The position numbers and the translations under genes were made by a program. From PVC group bacterium (GTDB lineage Bacteria > GCA-001730085 > JADFSZ01), in the NCBI GenBank assembly GCA_022560555.1, contig JADFSZ010000023.1, positions 1 through 13,578 on the forward strand: DNA of 13,578 nt. Reading direction: 5' to 3'. Below the pieces are notes generated by a model. It was not told the origin of the DNA, did not search any database, and was given only the letters and a program-made list of their open reading frames with translations. The number at the start of each line of letters is the position of its first letter. The first letter of the stretch is position 1. Shown in pieces: positions 7,141 to 13,578 of the stretch.

Positions 7141-8405
7141 CTTTTCGACCAAATTTCAACACGATTCCGCCCCAATTCTTTCGCCTTATATAAAGCTTCA
7201 TCCGCCCGCTGGATCAAATCCTGCATGCCGCGAGCCTGCCCGGGAAATGCGGAGATACCCAAGCTAAGAGTAACACGGATCTCTTCATCATAAGCATGAA
7301 TCGATTTTTCATTCACAAGGTCACATAACCTTTGTGTGATTTGTTTGGCTTCCGGCATTTCTGTTTCAGGAAGAACAATGATAAATTCTTCTCCTCCGAA
7401 TTTCCCGACAAGATCAATTTCTCTGACATTCTCCTTCAGAATGGCCGCAACTCTCTCCAAAATAACATCCCCAACCAGATGTCCATGCGTGTCATTGATT
7501 TTCTTAAAATGATCGATATCGGCCATAATAAGGCACAGCTTTAGGTCAAATCGGGTCGATCGATTCAACTCTTCTTCTAAACGCTCCATAATGAAGCGCC
7601 TGAGAAACAATTTCGTCAATCCGTCCGTAATGGAAAGTTCTTGGACCTGTTTATAAAGGGCGGCCTTTTTGATCCCCAGCGCGAATTGAGGTGCCAAAAT
7701 TGTAAGCGACTGGATGTTAAAAGAGTCTTTTGAGGCGCTGTCCGTTGAGGCCGCGAATAAATCCGTTATTGCGGATTTTTCTTTCACGTCAAACAAAGCC
7801 AAATGTCCGATAGGCTCATCGGCCGTATAAAGAGGGACCACCGCGAAAGATTGATATGGACTCTCAAGATGAATTTGCTTGGCAAGCAAGGATCGCTTGA
7901 CGTCCCCTACAAAGAGAATGGATCGCTCATGCCTTTCAAGAAGGATATTCTTCAGTAAAAAAATGTCTTCCGTTGGATGATCAATATTCTCGCCCTCCGG
8001 CACCCCTTCGGGCGAAAATCGTACCAGGGAGAAGCCTCTTTCTTCTTCATCTTTGGATTTATAAATGACCAGTTCCGCTCTGGAAAAATCGCAAATTCCC
8101 CCTAATGTGCTTCCGATAATCTTGTAGATATTTTCAAACGAAAGCGTTGCACCTATGCTTTTTGATGTTTCAAAAAGCTTTACGATCTTCTCCACGCGTT
8201 CCGAAAGTCCGTCATTTTCTCTTTTGATTCGAATGATATCTTGTTGAACACGCTTTTTCGTGCTTTTTAGATTTTTAACATGCTCTTCGAGATATCGCCG
8301 GGTTTCTATTGTGCCCGCTCTAAATTTTGATAAGATATGAACACCCAGCAGCAGAATCAAAAAACCCAAAAATACTTTTACGCCCACTGTCACATATATA
8401 AACAT
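7137..8405 (-). CDS. Membrane-anchored diguanylate cyclase: 1 TM helix, coiled coil, GAF-like domain and GGDEF domain (GGEEF active site, RxxD I-site present)
   Basis: 422-aa ORF. It shows the hydrophobic stretch VKVFLGFLILLLGVHIL, a charged heptad-like stretch and a GAF-like core (FAVVPLYTADEPIGHLALFD). The GGDEF domain reads ADIDHFKKINDTHGHLVGD...REIDLVGKFGGEEF...ADEALYKAKELGRNRV. A GTG at 8393 is an alternative start. Confidence 0.9.
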   Translation of the reverse strand: MFIYVTVGVKVFLGFLILLLGVHILSKFRAGTIETRRYLEEHVKNLKSTKKRVQQDIIRIKRENDGLSERVEKIVKLFETSKSIGATLSFENIYKIIGSTLGGICDFSRAELVIYKSKDEEERGFSLVRFSPEGVPEGENIDHPTEDIFLLKNILLERHERSILFVGDVKRSLLAKQIHLESPYQSFAVVPLYTADEPIGHLALFDVKEKSAITDLFAASTDSASKDSFNIQSLTILAPQFALGIKKAALYKQVQELSITDGLTKLFLRRFIMERLEEELNRSTRFDLKLCLIMADIDHFKKINDTHGHLVGDVILERVAAILKENVREIDLVGKFGGEEFIIVLPETEMPEAKQITQRLCDLVNEKSIHAYDEEIRVTLSLGISAFPGQARGMQDLIQRADEALYKAKELGRNRVEIWSKS

Positions 8406-9880
8406 ACCTGATTCCGTCCTTGTTTTTTCGCTTGATAAAGCGCCTTATCGGCACATCCCAAAAGCTCGATTTTATCCCTGGTCGCCTCCGGGAAAACGGC
8501 AATACCGATACTTACAGTGAGAAACGATTGCATGCGTCGAATATCAATAGGGGTTTTTTCAACGGATTGTCGAAGCTTTTGTGCGATCTTCTCGGCCTCT
8601 TCGGCCGTGGTTCGCGGTAATATCGCGGCAAACTCGTCACCGCCATAGCGGCCCAAAACACATCCTTTCGGTAACGCGCGCAGGCTCTTTTGAGCAATAT
8701 CTTTTAGAACACGGTCCCCCGTAAGATGTCCATAGGTGTCATTGTATTTCTTAAAGTGGTCAATATCGATAATCATGATGGCCAGCGGGGTTTCTGTGAT
8801 TTTGGCCCGGCGCCATTCGGCTTCGAGACGTTCATGAAAATGCCGATGGACAAAAAGATTTGTGAGAGAATCTCTGGTTGCTAATTCCTTTGTTTTATTA
8901 AATAAAAGCATGTTTTGAATAACAAGAGCGGTGATATTGGCAATGATGTCAAAAAGGCGCAAATCATCCGGCGTAAATGTATTTTTTTCGGTAGAGTCAA
9001 TATGAAGGACGCCTAAAAGATTTGATTTATGAAGGAGCGGAACACACATGAGCGATTTTAGGTGAAGATCTTTCACGTCTTCGGACACGCTGCCGAATCG
9101 AAAATCTTTTTCCACATCCTGTATGATCAGAGCCTGTTTGTTTTTCGCAACCCAAATATCAAACGGGGTTCCGGTCTTTTGTTTAACGGATTCTTTAACA
9201 TCCGTATGTACGGCCGACGCTCTGAGCTCTAGAACATTGCGCTTATAATCATACATAAAAAGCAGAATATGATTGCCCTTGTCCAAAATATACCGGGGGA
9301 TGTCTACAGCTAAATGAAGAGTTTTTTCCAGCTCTAGAGAATTGTTGATGTTTTCCGCGGCCTCGGTGATCACTTGGGTCTTCTTCAATCGCTCTGATAA
9401 AATCGGATGGGCTGCCTGTTTTTTATCCAAATCATCCTGTAAAACATTGATATCCTCCTCAAGACCATCTTTTAGGAGTTCGATATTGAATAGACGCTTT
9501 TTGAGTCTAGTGGAAAGCCAGAAGCAGCTCGCACCCGTGAGTACATAACTCGTTATGAGAAAAATGTCCTGGGATATCTGCTCCTCATATCCCGCCATCA
9601 GCGCGAGAAAAAAGGAGAATACGAGGCATACCCCGGCCCATAAAGGAGAAAACATCAAAAAAGAAACAGCAATGATCAAATTGAGCGTAAACAAAACAAA
9701 AAAGGAATCGGCTTCTTTCAAAAAACCGTCGGACGGATGGGGAAGAAGAAAAAGGCTCACAAAGACATAGAGCCCGACAAGGCCCGTGAAGATACCGCCA
9801 TCGAGGCGCAATCGGGCCGGTGAGCTTGTCGAACGACGTGTTGTATGATGAAACAATCGGCGCAGATCGAAACCCGTCAT
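8390..9880 (-). CDS. Membrane diguanylate cyclase: multi-TM N-terminus, coiled coil, GAF-like domain and GGDEF domain (GGDEF active site, no RxxD I-site)
   Basis: The ORF is open up to ATG 9955 (521 aa), but that start and ATG 9910 lack an SD and lie in or upstream of a repeat array. ATG 9880 (MTGFDLRRLF...) has GAGGG 9 nt upstream, so I prefer it (496 aa). Motifs are CVPLLHKSNLLGVLHIDS (GAF-like) and IDIDHFKKYNDTYGHLTGD...GRYGGDEF...ADKALYQAKKQGRNQV. Confidence 0.85.
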   Translation of the reverse strand: MTGFDLRRLFHHTTRRSTSSPARLRLDGGIFTGLVGLYVFVSLFLLPHPSDGFLKEADSFFVLFTLNLIIAVSFLMFSPLWAGVCLVFSFFLALMAGYEEQISQDIFLITSYVLTGASCFWLSTRLKKRLFNIELLKDGLEEDINVLQDDLDKKQAAHPILSERLKKTQVITEAAENINNSLELEKTLHLAVDIPRYILDKGNHILLFMYDYKRNVLELRASAVHTDVKESVKQKTGTPFDIWVAKNKQALIIQDVEKDFRFGSVSEDVKDLHLKSLMCVPLLHKSNLLGVLHIDSTEKNTFTPDDLRLFDIIANITALVIQNMLLFNKTKELATRDSLTNLFVHRHFHERLEAEWRRAKITETPLAIMIIDIDHFKKYNDTYGHLTGDRVLKDIAQKSLRALPKGCVLGRYGGDEFAAILPRTTAEEAEKIAQKLRQSVEKTPIDIRRMQSFLTVSIGIAVFPEATRDKIELLGCADKALYQAKKQGRNQVCLYM

Positions 9881-9901
9881 GGAGGTTTTCCCTCTTATGA
9901 A

Positions 9902-9935
9902 CTGTTTCATTAAAAAAACTGTTTCATTAAAAAAA
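9902..9935. repeat. Perfect tandem duplication, 2 x 17 bp, of CTGTTTCATTAAAAAAA (minus strand TTTTTTTAATGAAACAG)
   Basis: Read directly from the sequence: 9902..9918 and 9919..9935 are identical. They lie 22 nt upstream of the preferred start codon of the first cyclase gene. Confidence 0.9.
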
Positions 9936-9986
9936 TTGAAATCATGCCTTCTCATAGAAAGCAGAATAAAAGGAATGTCGCCCGTA

Positions 9987-10004
9987 CTGTTTCATTAAAA
10001 AAAA
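9987..10004. repeat. Third copy of the same element (CTGTTTCATT plus A8)
   Basis: It is identical to the tandem units except for one extra A. It lies 51 bp from the tandem pair and begins 7 nt downstream of the ABC ATPase stop codon (10012..10014). Confidence 0.9.
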
Positions 10005-10011
10005 TGATTTG

Positions 10012-11115
10012 TTAAACGATTAGATTTTCCGTATCGACATCAAATAGATGAATTTTGTTCATATCCACGACAAAATCCACTTCCTGATTAACAGAAACCT
10101 GGCTATTAGCTTCCACACGGGCAATAATGGAGTGTTGCTTAACGTTAAGATAAAGAAATATCTCCGGCCCCATAGGTTCCGTTACTTCCACTTTAGCGGT
10201 GATAATATGCTGCGGGGAAGCATCGCCATAAAAAAGTTTGTCATATATGTCCTCAGGGCGAAGCCCCAAAACAAGGCTCTTACCCACCAAACCGGATAAT
10301 TGATCGGCCATCTCGTCTACGATTTTTAAGGAAAAGCCGTCTCCCTCGATAAACATAAAACCATTCTTGCTGAGTAACTTTCCGGGAAGAAAATTCATAG
10401 GCGGGGTTCCGATAAATCCGGCAACAAATTTGTTTTTCGGACGATTATACAGGTCCAGTGGAGCGTCAATCTGCTGTATGAGACCATCTTTCATGACTAC
10501 AATACGATCTCCCATGGTCATAGCTTCAACCTGATCATGTGTCACATAAATCATGGTTGATCTGAGACGGGTATGAAGCCGGCTAATTTCGTTTCGCATC
10601 TCTACCCGCATTTTCGCATCAAGGTTACTCAAAGGTTCATCAAATAAAAAAACCTTGGGCTTACGGACAATCGCCCGTCCCACGGCCACACGCTGGCGTT
10701 GTCCTCCGGATAGAGCTTTGGGTTTTCGCTCCATAAGCGTTTTGAGCCCCAGGATTTCGCCCGCCTCCATCACACGCTTATGTATTTCGTCCGATTGATA
10801 CTTTCTAAGTTTGAGCCCAAACGCCATGTTTTTGTAAACCGACATATGCGGATAAAGAGCGTAATTTTGAAAAACCATAGCTATATTACGATCTTTGGGA
10901 GGGACAGTGTTTATGAGAACATTATCAATATGGATATCCCCGGATGAAATGTCCTCCAATCCCGCAATCATTCGCAGGGTTGTGGATTTTCCGCATCCCG
11001 AAGGGCCGACAAGCACGACAAATTCCTTGTCGTTCACTTCCAGATTAAAATCTTTCACGGCTTGAATGTCACCGGGAAAAACCTTGCAAATATTATTGAG
11101 TACAACTCTTGCCAT
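10012..11115 (-). CDS. Sugar-type ABC transporter ATP-binding protein (MalK/MsmX/UgpC family) with no permease or binding-protein gene in the window
   Basis: 367-aa ORF. It has Walker A GPSGCGKST, the signature LSGGQRQRVAVGRA, Walker B VFLFDEPLSNLDA, the H-loop VTHD, and a C-terminal MalK-like regulatory domain following FIGTPPMNF. A TAAGG SD lies 7 nt upstream. Confidence 0.9.
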   Translation of the reverse strand: MARVVLNNICKVFPGDIQAVKDFNLEVNDKEFVVLVGPSGCGKSTTLRMIAGLEDISSGDIHIDNVLINTVPPKDRNIAMVFQNYALYPHMSVYKNMAFGLKLRKYQSDEIHKRVMEAGEILGLKTLMERKPKALSGGQRQRVAVGRAIVRKPKVFLFDEPLSNLDAKMRVEMRNEISRLHTRLRSTMIYVTHDQVEAMTMGDRIVVMKDGLIQQIDAPLDLYNRPKNKFVAGFIGTPPMNFLPGKLLSKNGFMFIEGDGFSLKIVDEMADQLSGLVGKSLVLGLRPEDIYDKLFYGDASPQHIITAKVEVTEPMGPEIFLYLNVKQHSIIARVEANSQVSVNQEVDFVVDMNKIHLFDVDTENLIV

Positions 11116-11168
11116 GTGTATACCTTAGTCCGCTCTTCTTTGTTCCTCGGATTCTGTTAGATGAACTG

Positions 11169-11199
11169 ATAATATGCCAGACCTCCCGCGATTCGTCAA
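11169..11199 (-). promoter_or_regulatory. Putative sigma70 promoter for the ABC ATPase gene
   Basis: The minus strand reads TTGACG (11199..11194), a 17-nt spacer, then CATATT (11176..11171). The alternative -10 is TATTAT with a 19-nt spacer. It lies in the 125-bp gap after yidC. Confidence 0.35.
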
Positions 11200-11240
11200 G
11201 TCCTATTGCTCGTAAGGCAAAGCCCAACAATGTGTTCATA

Positions 11241-12836
11241 TCACTTTTTTCTAAAATAATAAAACTGCTGTCCCATCGACACTAGGCTGCTGATCAGCCA
11301 GTAAATCAACAGCCCCGCGGGAAAACTAAACATAAAAAACCCCAAAAAGGGAATCATCATCATCATCATCATTTTTTGTTGTTTAGGATCTCCTCCGGAT
11401 GGCGTCAACTTTTGCTGTAGAAAGGTCACCCCAAGAGTCACAACGGGCAAAATGTAATACGGATCCTTGTCCGCTAAATCCACGATCCAAAGAAACGGGG
11501 CGTGCCGAAGCTCAAATGAACTTCTCAAGGTACTAAAAAGAGCAAAAAAGACCGGAAGCTGAAGCAGCATCGGCAAACATCCTCCTAAAGGATTTACCCC
11601 TTCCTTGCGGTACAGGGCCATCATTTCCTTTTGGACTTTTTGAGGGTCGCTTTTGTGTTTTTCCCTGAGGGCTGTAATCTTGGGAGCCAATTCCTTTTGA
11701 ATTTTCATGGATTGAAAACTTTTATGGGTTAAAGGATGCAGAAGAACTTTTACAAGAAGTGTCAAAGCAATAATGGCCCATCCGTAACTTCCAAATATTT
11801 TGTAGAAGAATCTTAATGTTGCAAGCATCACCATGACAATTTTGCCAAACATGCCGAAATTACTGATTTTTTCAAACCCCTGATTGTACGATTTCAGGAT
11901 TTCAAAATTTTTGGGCCCTGCGTAAAACCGGGCCTGATGAACAATTTGTTCTTCGGGCGACAGCATAAAATCATCCGTTTTCGCCGTAATCCAAAATTCC
12001 TCTTCATTTTTGAGTCTTCGTAACACGATGTCTGTGTACCCGGATTGCGGATCAAAAATGTGAACAAAATATTTATTTTGCAGTCCGGTCCAGTTTAAAG
12101 GAACTTTTACAGGATCATATTTGTTTTTCCCGAAATATTTTTCAAAAACCGGATTTTTCGCATTGTCTTCCATGTAGAACGCGTACTTAAATTGACCGTC
12201 TTTTTTATCTCCTACGATCGAACGGCCGACAAGGATCTCAAAGCCGTCCTCAAAGAAAACAGAGTTATTCCCTCTGTTCGTGATGATTGTGGTCAGGTCA
12301 AATTCGTAAGAATCATCCATAAACTGATATTCCTGAGAGACTGTAACCTGCTCGCGGGAAAGCTCCGTTTCAAATTTCACGGAGAAAGGTGTTTCATCGA
12401 TAACGCGAAAGGGACGTTTTGCTAAATCTGATCGATTGAGAAGGCTTTGCAGGGACAACACATACGGCGGCATTTGGTTTTCGATAAATGGAATTTCGTC
12501 ATGGTCATGAAGATCAATGGGCTTAAACTTCAAGGCCTTAATCCCCGCGCCCAAAGACGAAAATGTCACATGGAGTTTATTCGTTTCTATATGGATTACA
12601 GTTTCTTGGGGTGTTTCGGCCCAAGCTTCGTCACGCGTTATTTCATCCCTTTGGTCCACGTCAGGATATGTTCGTGCGTACTCCGGGGCCCCAGCGTCAT
12701 CTTGGGAGGAGACAAAGCCCGGCTGAGTCGTCTCCGGCCGGGTGAAAAATTGCGGGAACAATTTTGGGCCGACAAAGGACCAGCCAATGATAACCAGCAT
12801 GGACAAAACAACGGCCAGAATTGTATTACGGTTCAT
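11241..12836 (-). CDS. yidC: Membrane protein insertase YidC
   Basis: 531-aa ORF. It has an N-terminal anchor MNRNTILAVVLSMLVIIGWSF, a large periplasmic P1-like region, and a C-terminal core ...GVNPLGGCLPMLLQLPVFFALF...FPAGLLIYWLISSLVSMGQQ. It follows yidD with an ATGA overlap. Confidence 0.95.
   Translation of the reverse strand: MNRNTILAVVLSMLVIIGWSFVGPKLFPQFFTRPETTQPGFVSSQDDAGAPEYARTYPDVDQRDEITRDEAWAETPQETVIHIETNKLHVTFSSLGAGIKALKFKPIDLHDHDEIPFIENQMPPYVLSLQSLLNRSDLAKRPFRVIDETPFSVKFETELSREQVTVSQEYQFMDDSYEFDLTTIITNRGNNSVFFEDGFEILVGRSIVGDKKDGQFKYAFYMEDNAKNPVFEKYFGKNKYDPVKVPLNWTGLQNKYFVHIFDPQSGYTDIVLRRLKNEEEFWITAKTDDFMLSPEEQIVHQARFYAGPKNFEILKSYNQGFEKISNFGMFGKIVMVMLATLRFFYKIFGSYGWAIIALTLLVKVLLHPLTHKSFQSMKIQKELAPKITALREKHKSDPQKVQKEMMALYRKEGVNPLGGCLPMLLQLPVFFALFSTLRSSFELRHAPFLWIVDLADKDPYYILPVVTLGVTFLQQKLTPSGGDPKQQKMMMMMMIPFLGFFMFSFPAGLLIYWLISSLVSMGQQFYYFRKK
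11353..11372 (-). repeat. (ATG)6 trinucleotide microsatellite inside yidC, encoding six consecutive Met
   Basis: The plus strand reads atCATCATCATCATCATCAT. On the minus strand this is ATG x6 followed by AT, translated as KMMMMMMIPF in the conserved Met-rich segment of YidC. Confidence 0.9.
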
Positions 12837-13096
12837 GATCTCGGGTCCCTGCGCGCGTGCCGGATAACCACCGGATCAAACCCTCCGGAACAAAATGGAT
12901 GACAGCGCAATATCCGTCTGAAACCCATCCATAAACCCTTGATGACGCCGTACAAACGAACGCTTTGACAGGTGTATTCGGAACAAGAGGGTTCATACCG
13001 GCAATGAGCGCCCAAAAGAGGAGAAAAGCCCCATTGATAGGCCCGAATGACGGCCAATAGTGATTTTTGAAACAATGTTGTTTGATCCTGGGCCAT
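12833..13096 (-). CDS. yidD: Membrane protein insertion efficiency factor YidD
   Basis: 87-aa ORF with the family pattern AVIRAYQWGFSPLLGAHCRYEPSCSEYTCQSVRLYGVIKGLWMGFRRILRCHPF.SGGFDPV. It lies between rnpA and yidC. Confidence 0.9.
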   Translation of the reverse strand: MAQDQTTLFQKSLLAVIRAYQWGFSPLLGAHCRYEPSCSEYTCQSVRLYGVIKGLWMGFRRILRCHPFCSGGFDPVVIRHARRDPRS

Positions 13097-13099
13097 ACT

Positions 13100-13473
13100 T
13101 TAAGATACCTCGTAATACGTATGGGATTCACTCAATTGACGGACAAGGTCCTCTTTGAGAGTTTCAAATCCGGTTTGTTCTATGCGGCTTCTCGCGACTA
13201 ATATGACGCGGGATCCCGGTCGGAGATTGTTTTTCAGCTCATCAAGAATGTGACGATATCGCCTTTTGATTTTATTTCTACTGACGGATGTTCTGGTTTT
13301 TTTTGAGACAATAATGCCGATGTGTACATGGGGGTCGTTTTCTTCGTCATTCATGGGTAAAATCGTGTAAATAACAGTATATTTTCCGACATATTTTCGG
13401 GCGTGTTGAAAAACAAAATCAAATTCCTTTTTTTTTTAATAAATTTTATTGTTTTTTGTGTTTTCACGTCCAT
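13100..13473 (-). CDS. rnpA: RNase P protein component RnpA, interrupted by a frame change inside an A10 run. The ORF-track version 13100..13354 is only the C-terminal 84 aa.
   Basis: The 84-aa ORF contains HIGIIVSKKTRTSVSRNKIKRRYRHIL (the RnpA RNR-type motif). The in-frame upstream sequence KKKEFDFVFQHARKYVGKYTVIYTILP also looks like RnpA. It has no start codon and is closed by TAA 13438..13436. ATG 13473 opens the neighbouring frame, MDVKTQKTIKFIKKK. The two frames meet in the A10 run at 13437..13428. Confidence 0.8.
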
Positions 13474-13553
13474 ACTTTCATACGAGGCCTGATTTCGATG
13501 TTTCCTTCTTGTGTGTTTTCTTTCGGTCTTGTTTTCTCAATGGACGACGACAA

Positions 13554-13578
13554 TCAGGCGGGAGTCAACGGTTTTCGC
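13554..13578 (-). CDS. rpmH: Possible last 7 codons plus stop of ribosomal protein L34 (rpmH), running off the right edge
   Basis: The minus-strand frame reads ...RKPLTPA-TGA (stop 13556..13554). A basic-then-LTPA ending resembles some L34 C-termini, and rpmH normally precedes rnpA. There is too little sequence to be sure. Confidence 0.3.

Noticed and set aside
9881-9896. Small hairpin GAGG-GAAAA-CCUC that could sequester the SD of the first cyclase gene
   Set aside because: The stem is only 4 bp with a 5-nt loop, so it is expected to be marginally stable at best. I do not treat it as a regulatory structure without folding or probing data.
9897-9998. 33-aa plus-strand ORF (MNCFIKKTVSLKKLKSC...) spanning the repeat array
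   Set aside because: It is created by the repeats themselves. It has no SD and lies antisense to the cyclase leader, so it is most likely fortuitous.
12447-12902. 151-aa plus-strand ORF, with nested 60-77 aa ORFs, antisense to yidC/yidD
   Set aside because: It lies entirely inside two well-supported conserved genes on the other strand. The sequence is low-complexity and Arg/Gly-rich with no recognisable motif or SD. This is typical of shadow ORFs.
12826-13131. 101-aa minus-strand ORF overlapping yidD in another frame
   Set aside because: The yidD frame carries the conserved family motif. The alternative frame has none and would overlap the rnpA 3' end.
13474-13553. L34-like fragments (RKKTH, IRPRM) scattered across three frames in the spacer upstream of rnpA, which suggested a broken rpmH
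   Set aside because: The spacing between the fragments does not fit L34 (29 nt where 15 are expected), and the region is simply A/G-rich. The more plausible rpmH end is the ...RKPLTPA-stop at the window edge.

Overview
This is a gene-dense bacterial chromosomal window using the standard genetic code. It looks roughly 40% GC by eye, and the left 3.6 kb is visibly more AT-rich. I found no tRNA, rRNA, CRISPR array, IS element or phage gene. On the minus strand at the right end sits the conserved rpmH (last codons only)-rnpA-yidD-yidC cluster. It is followed on the same strand by an orphan MalK/MsmX-type sugar ABC ATPase and then two translationally coupled membrane GAF-GGDEF diguanylate cyclases. 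The centre holds a LacI-family regulator and a GH94 disaccharide phosphorylase on the plus strand. The GH94 stop codon overlaps the stop of the convergent cyclase gene. The left part holds an O-antigen-ligase-like membrane protein. It is divergent from a YdjC-family sugar deacetylase and a 5'-truncated gene that fuses an XRE-type HTH to a B12-binding domain of the class B radical SAM type. I did not recognise a clear-cut new multi-gene system. The observations most worth following up are: (1) rnpA is split by a frame change inside an A10 run; (2) the HTH/B12-radical-SAM fusion lies next to a YdjC deacetylase; (3) three copies of a 17-18 bp direct repeat lie in the leader of the first cyclase gene; (4) the tandem cyclase paralogues differ in their I-site. 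All domain calls come from reading motifs by eye. No searches or computations were run.
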